This document shows, one piece after another, positions 20,820 through 30,783 of a stretch of 64,000 nt of DNA. The notes under the pieces are model-generated. The model saw only the letters and a program-made list of their open reading frames with translations. It did no database searches and was not told the DNA's origin. Source of the DNA: an uncultured Chloroflexia bacterium (GTDB taxonomy: Bacteria; Chloroflexota; Limnocylindria; Limnocylindrales; CSP1-4); assembly GCA_963819655.1 (NCBI GenBank), contig CAWFXA010000002.1, forward strand, positions 1,088,001-1,152,000, in the 5' to 3' direction. Numbering within the stretch: the stretch's first letter is position 1; the number at the start of each line of letters is the position of its first letter. Both the position numbers and the translations under genes were made by a program.

Positions 20820-21454
20820 CCGACGGCCTCCGTGGCGCCACCGGCGTCTTCGGCGGCACGTTCGACCCGATCCACGTCGCCCATCTCGCGATCGCCGAGG
20901 CGGCCCGGGACACGTGCGACCTGCGCCGCGTCCTGTTCATCCCGGCTGCCGAGCCGCCGCATAAACCCGGCCGGCAGATCACGGCGGTCGGGCATCGACT
21001 CGCGATGGTCGAGCTGGCCCTCGTCGGCAACGCGGGGTTCAAGGTCAGCCGGATCGAAGTCGACCGACCCGGCCCGTCCTACACCGTCGATACGCTGGAG
21101 GCGCTGCGGGCGGTCGACGTCAACGACCGCCTCGCGCTGATCCTGTCCGCCGAGTCATTCGCCGAGCTGCCCACGTGGCGCGAACCGGAGCGGATCCTCG
21201 AGCTCGCCAGCTTGATCGTGGCGCCACGCGACGGATACCTCGCGGTGGATGCGGCAGTCGTGGAGCGCAACGTGTCGCTGGCAGGCGCTCAGGCGGTCTT
21301 CCTCGACGGCCCGCGGATACGCCTGTCGGCGTCGGAGATCCGCGAACGCGCCGCGGCTGGGCGTTCCCTGCGCTATCTCGTCCCGGATGCGGTCGCGGCG
21401 TATATCAGCGACCATTCCCTCTACCAAGACTCACGGAGGACCGATCGATCGTGA
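20816..21454 (+). CDS. nadD: Nicotinate-nucleotide adenylyltransferase
   Basis: GGTFDPIHVAH, SYTVDTL, SASEIR. Confidence 0.95.
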   Translation: MTDGLRGATGVFGGTFDPIHVAHLAIAEAARDTCDLRRVLFIPAAEPPHKPGRQITAVGHRLAMVELALVGNAGFKVSRIEVDRPGPSYTVDTLEALRAVDVNDRLALILSAESFAELPTWREPERILELASLIVAPRDGYLAVDAAVVERNVSLAGAQAVFLDGPRIRLSASEIRERAAAGRSLRYLVPDAVAAYISDHSLYQDSRRTDRS

Positions 21455-21882
21455 CCGACCCCGCGCTCCCGAACGCCGTGGCGCCCAGCGCCGACGGTCT
21501 GCCGCGACGCGCCACCCCAGCGCCCACCACCGACGAGCGAGCCGCGCTCGACCTCGCCCGCCGCGTCGTCGAGCTCGCCGAGGACAAGAAGGCGGCCGAC
21601 ATGGTCGTGCTCGAGCTCGCGCCGCTGACGACCCTCGCGGACTACTTCGTGATCTGCTCGGGTGGGTCGGAACGCCAGCTGGATGCGATCGCGGACGGGA
21701 TCGTCTCGGGGCTGCGCGACGAGAAGGTGCGACCGATCGGGCGCGAGGGGACCGCCGCGTCCCACTGGGTGTTACTCGATTTCGGGTCGGTGATCGTCCA
21801 CATCTTCACGCCGCCCGAGCGCGACTACTACGGCCTCGAGAAGCACTGGTCGGAAGCGAAGACGATCCTGCGGGTTCAGTAG
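21451..21882 (+). CDS. rsfS: Ribosome silencing factor
   Basis: DKKA, ADYFVICSG, WVLLDFG, RDYYGLEKHW. Confidence 0.95.
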   Translation: MTDPALPNAVAPSADGLPRRATPAPTTDERAALDLARRVVELAEDKKAADMVVLELAPLTTLADYFVICSGGSERQLDAIADGIVSGLRDEKVRPIGREGTAASHWVLLDFGSVIVHIFTPPERDYYGLEKHWSEAKTILRVQ

Positions 21883-22003
21883 CGGCACCCACTGGGTCGC
21901 CCCGTGGGCCTCCTTGTCGCAGCGCTAGCCAGTAACCCGTACTGATGGGTGGGGTACCGTCGGGTCATGATGGGCGCGCGAACGCGCGTGCAGCATCCGC
22001 GGC

Positions 22004-22258
22004 ATGTCCACTTCGCGCGATCGCTGCCCAGCCTGCGGTCACCGGCTCATCACGACCCGGTTCGACACGACGTTCCGGTTGCCCGACCGGAGCGAGCGGC
22101 TGTGCTTCGGCATCCCGGGTGGGCTCTGCGAGGACTGCTCGCAGCTCTACATCGATCCTGATCTGATCGAGTTGCTCGACCTCGCCGAAGGCCGTTGCGT
22201 CTTCGCGATCGAGAGCGACCTCGTCGTCCAGGAGCAGGCCTGGTCGTCCGCCGACTGA
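22004..22258 (+). CDS. Small zinc-ribbon protein (YgiT/MqsA-type zinc finger-like)
   Basis: CPACG...IPGGLCEDC pattern. Confidence 0.6.
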   Translation: MSTSRDRCPACGHRLITTRFDTTFRLPDRSERLCFGIPGGLCEDCSQLYIDPDLIELLDLAEGRCVFAIESDLVVQEQAWSSAD

Positions 22259-22285
22259 TGGTCTGAGCGCGCGCCGGTCCCGGGG

Positions 22286-23353
22286 TCAGCCGGGACCGCC
22301 GCGCCGACCACGCTCACCTGCGTGCTGGCGAACCCAGAGCAGAAAAGCCAACCGACGCTGGGCCATGTCGGTCTCGAAGCCGGGCGCACCCTTCACCATC
22401 GCATCGAGTTCGACCAGGCCGCGCAGGGCGGCCGTGAGCTCGTCCGTCGTCCAGTTGCGGGCCTGGGCGGCGAGGGTCTTCGCCCGGTATTCGCTCGTGA
22501 TGCCCATCGCGCGTGCCGCGTCCGGCAGCTTCGCGCCCGACGCCACCCGATCGCCGAGCTCCAGCAGCTCGACGACCCGCCGATGCAGGACCGCGAGCAG
22601 GACGGGTTCCGGGGTGGATTCGAGCAGTCGCTCGAGCGCGGTCGCGGCGACATCGACCCGCCGCTCGCCGATGGCGTCGCTAAGGGCCCACACCGACGCC
22701 GGCGTCGTCTCGGCCACGAGCGCCCGCACGTCGTCGGCCGTCACCGGACTCTCGTCGATGGCGTGACGGAGGGCCAGCTTGTCGAGCTCGCCCGACGCGA
22801 TCCGGCTGATGAACCGCCGGTCGACGTCGCCTTCGGTGACTCGCGCGCCAAGTCGATCGGCCAGCTCCCGTGCCGCTCCGGTGGCCAACGCCAGCCCCCG
22901 ATCGCGCGACTCGTCGGTGATCCAGGCCGCGAGAGCCGTGGGTCGTGGGGCCATCGCGTCGCGGATCGAGCCGCCGGCCGCCTTGACGGCATCGGACAGA
23001 CGGCGCGGCCCGGGACCTTTGGCGTTCGATTTCGCGGCCTCGATGAACACGAGCGCATGCCCGGGTGCCATCAGCCCGATCGTCTCGATGACCCGATCGC
23101 GCGTGTCGTTGCGGCGGACGAGGGCGCCGGGGTTGGCGACGACCGCCATCGTGCCGCCGCCGAACATCGAGGGCGTCGCGAGGCGCTCGTACAGCTGGGC
23201 AGCATCTGCCGTTGCGGTCATCAGGTCGGCGCGCAGGTCCCAGCGTTCCAGCGGTGAGCCGAGCTCCTTGCCGAGGGCGGTGGCGAAGCGGCCGACCAAC
23301 CGCTGAGCGAGCAGCTCGTCATCGCCCCAGACGTAGAGCAGCGGCGCGATCAC
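22286..23353 (-). CDS. holA: DNA polymerase III delta subunit
   Basis: LLYVWGDD, TPSMFGG, ELDKL, VWALSDAIG, ELDAMVKG; canonical position after comEC. Confidence 0.85.
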   Translation of the reverse strand: MIAPLLYVWGDDELLAQRLVGRFATALGKELGSPLERWDLRADLMTATADAAQLYERLATPSMFGGGTMAVVANPGALVRRNDTRDRVIETIGLMAPGHALVFIEAAKSNAKGPGPRRLSDAVKAAGGSIRDAMAPRPTALAAWITDESRDRGLALATGAARELADRLGARVTEGDVDRRFISRIASGELDKLALRHAIDESPVTADDVRALVAETTPASVWALSDAIGERRVDVAATALERLLESTPEPVLLAVLHRRVVELLELGDRVASGAKLPDAARAMGITSEYRAKTLAAQARNWTTDELTAALRGLVELDAMVKGAPGFETDMAQRRLAFLLWVRQHAGERGRRGGPG

Positions 23354-23365
23354 GCCGCCAGCAAC

Positions 23366-25991
23366 TCAGCGCTGCGCCCACCGACCCAGCCGTGCCGGTC
23401 GACGAGCACCCATCGCGACGGCCGACGCGGGGAGGGCAGGACAGCGGCCTGGCAGATGCCCGGGATCGTCATCCGGGCGATGGTACCCGAGGGTCTGCCC
23501 AGCCTCATGGGGACGCGTCGGCGTCGGGCGTGGCGCTTCCGGGACGAACGGCTGCAGCGGCACGTCACACAGGAATGTCGCAGTCACGGGCGCCTGCGCG
23601 ACTGGCACTGCCGCCACCACGCGACGTGGAGCGGTCTTCACCGTCATCCCGGACGCTTCGAACGTCACGCTGACCGACCCGTCCTGATCCGTCCGATAGA
23701 CGCGGGCTCCGGCGATGGCCAGCCGCTCGAGGGTGGCTCGAGCCGGATGCCCGTACGGGTTCCCGGCGCCGGCCGAGGCGATCGCCACGCGCGGCCGGAC
23801 GGCTGACACGAACTCCTCCGTCGTGGCTGTTCGGCTTCCGTGGTGGGCGACCTTCAACAGGTCGAGCCTCGGCAACCCGCCCGTGAGCAGCGTCGGGTCG
23901 ATCTCTTCCTCCACGTCCCCGGCGAGCAGGAACCGGCGATCGCCGACGCTGCCGAGCAGCACGACCGACACGTTGTTGATCCCGGTCCCCGAGTCGGTCG
24001 GCTCGGCCGGGACCTCTCCGCGGATCGGCCACAGGACACTGAGGCCGATCTCGTCGACCGTCAGCCGATCACCCGCGGCGATCGAGGCGTGCATCGATGG
24101 ACCCGGTCGTCCGACGCGCTCGAGCCATGCCGCGTACCCCGGACCCGGTCCGCGCATGCCCGGCTCGAGGACGCGTCCGACCCGGTATCGATCGAGCAGA
24201 AGCGCCAGGCCGGCCACGTGATCCTCGTGCGGGTGGCTGAGGACGACGACGTCGATTCGACGGTCCCACGGCGGGATCAGGCGATCGAGCTCGACGAGCA
24301 GGCGGTCGGGATCCGGCCCACCGTCGACCAGCAGCCGGCCTCCGTGCGAGCCTTCCACCAGGATCGCGTCACCCTGCCCGACATCGAGCACGGTCACGCG
24401 CGCCACCCCTTCGGGGCGGGTGATCGCCACGGCGCCTGCGACAGCGACTGCGACGATAAGACCGACCGAGGCGAGTCGAACCAGCATCGGTCGTGGACTT
24501 GCGGCGGTCGGCCGCGTGCGGTCGAGGCCTCGCGCGACGTTGACTGGTCGCCGCCATCGCCCCCGCCGACGCCGCACGGCCATCACCACCGCCGCGAGCA
24601 ACGCGCTCCCGAACCCCAGCACCGCGCCCGTCGCAGGTTCGAACGACACGCTGGCCATGGGGATCGCTGCGGCGACGTCGACGATCCCGATGATCGCCCG
24701 CAGGGCGACCCAGCCCGGCGCGGCCAGGACCATGCCGATCGCCTCGGGCGCCCCGACCGCGACCAGCGCTCCTCCCAGCAGGGCGACCAGACCGGCCGCC
24801 ATCGCCGGCGCGACGAGCGGGACGACCAGCAGGTTGACCGCCGGCGCGATGACCGCCAGCCGGCCGAACGACACAAGCACGATCGGCAACGTCGCCGCCT
24901 GGGCCGCGAGCGAGACGCCGAGGCTCTCGGACAACCAGCGCGGCAGCCGACCGCGCGTCCACCGATCGAGGCGCTCGGTGAGCGGCGTCGCCCAGGCGAT
25001 GAGACCGCCGGTCGCCAGTGTCGACAGCTGGAAGCCGGCGTCGCCGATGAGGGCGGGATCGACCAGGAGCAAGAGCGCGACAGCCCAGCCGAGGGCAGCG
25101 GCCGCCCGGCCGGCGCGGCCCGTCTCGCGTGCGAACAGGACGACGCCGGCCATCGCGCCCGCGCGCAGGACCGACGGAGACGCACCCGCGAAGGCGATAT
25201 AGGCGACGATCGCAGCGGCGGTGACGACGGTCCGCCGGCGCCGACCGAGACGTCCGGCAATGGCTGCGATGGCGGCCGCGACGATCGCGATGTTCCAGCC
25301 CGAGATCGCGACGATGTGGCTGACGCCGGCGGTCGTGAACGTCGCCGCGACGCCCCGATCCACCCGGTCGCGTAGCCCGATCAGGATGCCCGCGGCAAGG
25401 CCTGCCTCAGGTTCCGGGAGCACGCGAGTCAGCAGCTCACCCGCATCGCGTCTGAGTCCCTCGAGTCTGGAGCCGGGATCGGTCGGCCGCTCGCGGACCT
25501 CGAGAGTCCGCGCATCGAGCGTCCCCCACGCGCCGATCCGGTCCAGGTAGGCGCCGTACGGGCTGTCGGGTCGTTCGCGTGCGCGGCCGGTGACGACGAC
25601 GCGGTCGCCCGGCTCGACAGGCGGATAGCGCGGGAGCGTGCCGGCGACCCGGAAGCCAGCACCGCCGGCCTCGAGCGTCCTGAGCGTCGCGACCTGGTGA
25701 CCCTCGCGTGGCGCGCCGACAGTCTCGACGACCATCACCCACGGCCCGGAGCCGTTCGGCGTGCCGGTGAGCTCGGTCGACGCAGGCCCCAGGACGCCGC
25801 GCACGAGGATGGCGACCGCACCGACGACCAGCGCGAGTCCGCGCGTCCGCGAGCCGCTGCTCGAGCCAGGCGGTCGCGACCAGCACCGCGGCCGCCCCGA
25901 CCAGCACGGCGGCGATCGGGCGTGCGTCATGCAACGAGATCGCGACTGCGCCAAGCGCCACCCCGATGGCGAGCCAGCCGCTCCGCGGCAC
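23366..25991 (-). CDS. comEC: DNA uptake protein ComEC/Rec2 with metallo-beta-lactamase domain; apparent frameshift(s) near 25850-25900
   Basis: SHIVAISGWN, GFQLS, LDVGQGD, SHPHEDH, KVAHHGS, YGHP. Confidence 0.93.
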
Positions 25992-25992
25992 G

Positions 25993-26712
25993 TCAGCCGA
26001 CCGTGACCAGGTCGCGCAGCTTCTCGAACGTCTTCTCGCCGAGGATGCCGCGTGTTCGGAGGTCCTCGACGGCCGCGAAAGGTGCCTCCTCGCGAGCTCC
26101 GATGATCTTCTCGGCGGTCGCCGGCCCGACACCGGGCAACTCCTCGAGCTCGCTCTGCGTGGCGCGGTTCAGGTCGACAAGCCCACCCGCTGTCCCGCCA
26201 GTTGTGGGACTGCCGGTCGGGCCGCCCGCAGCAACGTCGTCGCGTGACGGGACGCGCAGGTGATCGCCATCACGCAAGGGCGCGGCAAGGTTGAGCTCCT
26301 GTTCGGCTCTCGCGGTGTCGACGCGCGGTCCGTAGCCGCCGGCGAGCTCCACGAGGTCGCCGACGCGCGATCCGGCTGGCAACCGGTAGACACCGGGCGC
26401 CGGGACGGCACCGACGATCTCGACGACGAGCTCCGTCCCGACGACCGCACCCGCCGACGAGGACGGATCTGCCTGACCACCGATCGGCAAGGGTGAGCCG
26501 CCGTCGATCGTGACGGTCCCCTCGCCGCCGCCTGCCGCGAGGATGAACGCCGCGATCGCACATGCGACGGCGGCGCCACCGATCGCGACCGCCTTGACGA
26601 TCGTCGCGGTTCCAAGAGCAGGCGCCGAGCGCTCCGCCACCGGGGCTCTTTGGGTGGCGTCAGGTGGTGCGGCGTCGAGCACACGCCAGGGCGGGGTCGC
26701 GGTGGGGTCCAT
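25993..26712 (-). CDS. comEA: Competence DNA-binding protein ComEA
   Basis: TM anchor, SLBB-like VEIVGAV..PGVY, HhH LPGVGPATA. Confidence 0.93.
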   Translation of the reverse strand: MDPTATPPWRVLDAAPPDATQRAPVAERSAPALGTATIVKAVAIGGAAVACAIAAFILAAGGGEGTVTIDGGSPLPIGGQADPSSSAGAVVGTELVVEIVGAVPAPGVYRLPAGSRVGDLVELAGGYGPRVDTARAEQELNLAAPLRDGDHLRVPSRDDVAAGGPTGSPTTGGTAGGLVDLNRATQSELEELPGVGPATAEKIIGAREEAPFAAVEDLRTRGILGEKTFEKLRDLVTVG

Positions 26713-26958
26713 GGTCGCGCTCCGCGGCGGGCGGCCCGACGAGGCGCCGGACAGCCCGACGCCCCGCGATGTCGGGGGCACTTCCGACGCGGCGGGGCGT
26801 CTCTGCGGACCTTATCGAGAACCGATTAGCTGCGACTTATCCGCTGCGCGCCATTGAAAACCTGCAATAGATATCCACCAACTGACCAAGGGAGTTCGAC
26901 ATGACCAGGCATCGGCCGAGTCGAACTCTGGTCTGCGTGTTGCCTCACGCGTCCACGC

Positions 26959-27603
26959 TCATTCCCTGAGGCTGAATGGCGGGTATCGGTCGGTGACCAG
27001 CAGGAACGCGTAGGCGGCTACTCGTAGACCCCAACGGCCAACCCCCACCACAAAGTCGAAGAGTGATCGCGGGTAGCGTCCGGTGAAGAGGATGGCGAAC
27101 CAGGCGATGACAACCGCAACGAGCGCGGCGAGCAAGAGCACAGCGAGCACGAGGTAGTGCGGGATCGCCAGCAGCCATTTCACCAGCGGCAACCAGCGGT
27201 TGAGGTCTCGCTCGACGTCGGGGTAGTCGATCTCCAGGTGCACCGCCTGCTCGTCGACAGTCGACGGGTAGCGATCCGTGAGCAAGGCGAAGTAGGCACC
27301 GATTCGCGCCCCGAAGCGCGTCAGCTCTCGGGCGAAGTCGAACCACCAGCGCGGGTACCGCACCCGGCTTGCGATCATCAGCAAGGTGGCGAGCCACAGC
27401 CCGCCGGAGATCCCCCCGCCGGTGGTGACCACTTGGTCGCCGGTCTCGGTTACGACGGTCTCGTTCCCGGTCGCGGTGAGCAGGCTGTAAATGACGGCGA
27501 TCGGGATGATCCAGATCATCCGGAGCAATGTGGTCAGCCGGTCCAGCTGTTCTGGATAGTCGACCGTCAGTCGCGCGGCGTATGGCTCGGGCGGAGTGAC
27601 CAT
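26959..27603 (-). CDS. DUF4389-like membrane protein
   Basis: Duplicated DYP..L(D/N)R...RYPR...LxTDRYP repeats. Confidence 0.8.
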   Translation of the reverse strand: MVTPPEPYAARLTVDYPEQLDRLTTLLRMIWIIPIAVIYSLLTATGNETVVTETGDQVVTTGGGISGGLWLATLLMIASRVRYPRWWFDFARELTRFGARIGAYFALLTDRYPSTVDEQAVHLEIDYPDVERDLNRWLPLVKWLLAIPHYLVLAVLLLAALVAVVIAWFAILFTGRYPRSLFDFVVGVGRWGLRVAAYAFLLVTDRYPPFSLRE

Positions 27604-27636
27604 GGTGTCCCTTCCAGTCGTAGGGGGGTTAGTGGG

Positions 27637-28032
27637 TTACGAGGGAGAGGCGGGTGGCGGCATCTGAGCGGCAAACACCTGCGTCAGGTCCGGCGTGGTG
27701 ATCGGGTCATCTTCCACGATCCTTCCAGCGGCCAGACGGTAGTAGGTGAGGCCCCGGGCCATGATCTTCTCCCCGGTTGGGAGGGTGATCGCGTATGTGA
27801 AGCGAGCGACCACCGCATCTCCTTCGGCGACCAGGTCCTGGATTTCCATCCGGCCACCGGGGCCGGCCGAGTTGGCGTTCAGCCACGCCTTGAAGCCGGC
27901 GCGGTCCATGCCGCCCATCCCGCGGTTCACGTAGTCCGCAGCCAGTAGGTCGTCGACCAGGTCGACGTGGCCACCGACGAGCACCTCGGTGATGTACCGA
28001 CGGACGACGGCCTTGTTCTGCTCTATCGACAT
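27637..28032 (-). CDS. SnoaL-like ester cyclase / NTF2-fold protein
   Basis: EQNKAVVRRY, VAEGDAVVAR, GRIVE. Confidence 0.8.
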   Translation of the reverse strand: MSIEQNKAVVRRYITEVLVGGHVDLVDDLLAADYVNRGMGGMDRAGFKAWLNANSAGPGGRMEIQDLVAEGDAVVARFTYAITLPTGEKIMARGLTYYRLAAGRIVEDDPITTPDLTQVFAAQMPPPASPS

Positions 28033-28166
28033 CTCGACTTTCCTCGGTTGAAGTGGGCCGGCCTACCAGTATGGCCCCGGTCACCAAGCCGCCTAGACCA
28101 GCGCATGGGCTGGCTGATACCGCGTTGCCATCAACGATCGAGCGGCGCTACCTGGGACTTACCGGC

Positions 28167-28571
28167 CTAGATTTGCTCCCAGTCGACCCACCGGGTGCCG
28201 TCCCACCAGCGGTGCCAGACGCGGCCGTCGCGGCCGGGCGCGAAGACGTCGATGCGGTCGGCGCCCCACGACGATGCGGCCGGCGTCCCGGTCAGCTCGC
28301 CGCCGAGTGACTCCCAGTCGTGCCAGGACGTGCCGTCCCAGTAGCGGTTCCAGAGCTGGCCGTCGTCGAAGATCGCGAAGACCTGGAGCTCGTCGACGCC
28401 CCATGCGGTCGCCGCGGGCGCCGACGCCAGCGGGCCACCGAGTGACGTCGGCTCGGACCAGCGGTCGCCGTCGAACGAACGTGCACGAGCTCGCGCGATC
28501 TCACCGACCGTGAACAGGTCGATGCGGTCGGTTCCCCACGAGACGGCAGCGGTCGCGGCGGGTGTCGTCAC
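28167..28571 (-). CDS. Three-repeat beta-propeller lectin-like protein (PLL/fucose-lectin-like blades)
   Basis: Repeats SWGTDRIDLF / AWGVDELQVF / SWGADRIDVF...WWDG..W. Confidence 0.7.
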   Translation of the reverse strand: MTTPAATAAVSWGTDRIDLFTVGEIARARARSFDGDRWSEPTSLGGPLASAPAATAWGVDELQVFAIFDDGQLWNRYWDGTSWHDWESLGGELTGTPAASSWGADRIDVFAPGRDGRVWHRWWDGTRWVDWEQI

Positions 28572-28815
28572 GCGGGCAGACTAGCCGCGAGCGCGACTTC
28601 CGCGCACGTTTTGAGCTCCAGAGCCGGATGCGCGGTCTGCTCGGTCTGGTTTGTGCCTGGCAGTCGCGATCGGAGGTCGAAGGCGATGAGAGCGATGCGT
28701 CGGCTCGAAATCGCGACTGTGAGTCGCGCGGCGCGCGAAACGACCACCTCGAATCGAAGAGCGCCTGCCGGGAGGGGCAGGCGCTCGACGGGAGGGCGAT
28801 GCGGATCGGCGGCGC

Positions 28816-29082
28816 TTAGTCCGCGCCGGCGAGGCCGCGGTCGTCGGCCACGTTGTCGTCGAGTCGACGGGTCACGGCTGCGGCAGCGAGGCTGATCGCG
28901 GCCGTCGCGCGAGCGAGTCCGCGACGGACGCTGGAACCGAGATCGGGCTGCGCGACCCAGTCGTACTCCTCGCGGCCATCGGACTGGGTCTCGCGTGCGA
29001 GTCGGACGAGTCGCATCCTCTCGAGCTCTCGCGAACGATCGTTCGCAAGATCAAGAGCGATCATCGCGTAATAGGTGTTCAT
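28816..29082 (-). CDS. 88-aa hypothetical protein
   Basis: GAGGAGG RBS before ATG; MNTYYAMIALDLANDRSRELER. Confidence 0.7.
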   Translation of the reverse strand: MNTYYAMIALDLANDRSRELERMRLVRLARETQSDGREEYDWVAQPDLGSSVRRGLARATAAISLAAAAVTRRLDDNVADDRGLAGAD

Positions 29083-29110
29083 GTGGTCCTCCTCGAGGGT
29101 CAGAGTCGTC

Positions 29111-29227
29111 TTAGCGGACGTGGGAATCGGGAATTTGCTCCCGCGAATCCGCACCGAAGCGGATGGATCCCAGGCCCAGGCCGATGAAGCCGATGACCAG
29201 GACCAGGAACGTGACGATGACTTCCAT
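29111..29227 (-). CDS. 38-aa single-TM microprotein
   Basis: GGGAGG RBS; MEVIVTFLVLVIGFIGLGLGSIRFGADSREQIPDSHVR. Confidence 0.7.
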   Translation of the reverse strand: MEVIVTFLVLVIGFIGLGLGSIRFGADSREQIPDSHVR

Positions 29228-29248
29228 GGTCGGTCCTCCCAGTGACTC

Positions 29249-29332
29249 GTAACCCTTTTTTGGTGTCTCATCGGTTACTTGACGTAATGTACCCCCTTGC
29301 GCGTAACCTGTCAACTGGTCTAAAGTGGTTAT
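29249..29332. promoter_or_regulatory. Twin palindromic operator GTAACC-N18-GGTTAY
   Basis: Copies at 29249-29278 and 29303-29332 with identical 18-nt spacing; second copy covers a TTGCGC-N18-TAAAGT promoter. Confidence 0.7.
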
Positions 29333-29336
29333 CAGA

Positions 29337-30035
29337 ATGAAAACCAAGATCAACGCGCTGGTCGCTCGCGGGCACCATGCGCACGATGTCGACCTCGAGG
29401 ACACGTTCGACTTCCTGAACACCGATGACCTCGAGAATGGTTTCCGGGTCGACCGGCTCCCGACCCTTGGAGACGCCCTGTCGTGGTTCGTCGAGCGCGG
29501 CGTCATCCACGGGGAAGGTGCCGATCGGCTGGGCCATCAGGCCGAGAGCGATGCTGCGACCGCGCAGCGCGACCTCGCGCGGATCCACGCCGTCCGCGGT
29601 GCGCTGCGCGATGTGGCGGACGCGATCGTCGAACAGCGGCCGCCACATGCGGGTGCGCTCGATACGGTGAACCGGGCGCTCCATGCCCGCCAGGTCATCG
29701 AGCTCGTCCCCGCATTCGACGGCTGCGTCGCGGTCGACCACCGACACGTCGGAGACCCGATCGACGACGCCCTGGCGCGCCTGTGCGATCCGCTGGTGTC
29801 CGAGCTGACAGGGGGAGACCCGGAGCGGATCCGGATCTGCGACAACGAGCGCTGCCGGTGGGTGTTCTACGACACGTCGCGCACGGGCCGGCGCCGCTGG
29901 TGCGACATGGCGACCTGTGGCAACCGTGCCAAGGCCGCGCGCCACCGCGCGCGGACGAAGGGCGCCATAGACACAGGCGCGATCGAGATGGGCGCGACCG
30001 AGACGGCCGCGCCGACCGTCAGCGCCGGAGCGTGA
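29337..30035 (+). CDS. ABATE/CGNR zinc-finger domain protein (putative regulator)
   Basis: DFLNT N-terminus; C-x4-C..FYDTSR..RRWCDMATCGNRAK. Confidence 0.92.
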   Translation: MKTKINALVARGHHAHDVDLEDTFDFLNTDDLENGFRVDRLPTLGDALSWFVERGVIHGEGADRLGHQAESDAATAQRDLARIHAVRGALRDVADAIVEQRPPHAGALDTVNRALHARQVIELVPAFDGCVAVDHRHVGDPIDDALARLCDPLVSELTGGDPERIRICDNERCRWVFYDTSRTGRRRWCDMATCGNRAKAARHRARTKGAIDTGAIEMGATETAAPTVSAGA

Positions 30036-30783
30036 GTACGCCGTAGCGGCACAGGGGCCACAGCCCCGGCCAGCGCTTCAGCATCATCCGGTCCAGTTCG
30101 CGGAGCGGCGGGATCTTCTTCCCGAAGCCGAGGCCACGCTCGATCATGCTGAACAGCTGCACGCCCCTCAGCTCGGCCGACGCGAACGGAGCCATCCAGG
30201 CGTCGATGTCCTGCCGCCGGAGCGGGATGTCGGCGCCTCGATCGTGCTTGTGCGGATAGGGCACGTGGTCGCGAACGGCCTGGACGATGGGGTTCGTCCC
30301 GAGTGGCTCGGAGAACGCAGCGCGACCGCCCGGACGGAGGATGCGCGCGAGCTCCTTCGCCCCGGCGACCGGTTCGAGATGGTGCAGGACGGCCTTCCCG
30401 AAGGCGATGTCGAAGCTCGCGTCGTCGAAGGGGAGGTATTCGCCGGGCGCGACCGCGAACGTGATCCGATCCTCGACGCCGACCATGGCCGCACGCTTCC
30501 GGGCGACCTCGACGCTGCCCTCGGATAGGTCGAATGCCGACACGTGGGCGCCACTGCGCGCCAGAAGCACGGTCAGTTTGCCAAGCCCACAGCCGTACTC
30601 GACGACCCGCTTGCCGTGCAGGTCACCGAGGAATTCGGCGACGCCAACGAGCAGTGCATCGCGCCCGGCGAACGAGGCGAAGTCCTCACCCTCCTTCGGC
30701 GGCACGATGGGCTCGGTCGTGTCGCCGGCGTGCGCGTCCCACTTCGCGCGCTCGACGGCATAACGCTCCTCGATCGCCGTCAT
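30019..30783 (-). CDS. Class I SAM-dependent methyltransferase
   Basis: VVEYGCGLG, LPFDDASFD, LHHL, LRPGG. Confidence 0.9.
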   Translation of the reverse strand: MTAIEERYAVERAKWDAHAGDTTEPIVPPKEGEDFASFAGRDALLVGVAEFLGDLHGKRVVEYGCGLGKLTVLLARSGAHVSAFDLSEGSVEVARKRAAMVGVEDRITFAVAPGEYLPFDDASFDIAFGKAVLHHLEPVAGAKELARILRPGGRAAFSEPLGTNPIVQAVRDHVPYPHKHDRGADIPLRRQDIDAWMAPFASAELRGVQLFSMIERGLGFGKKIPPLRELDRMMLKRWPGLWPLCRYGVLTLRR

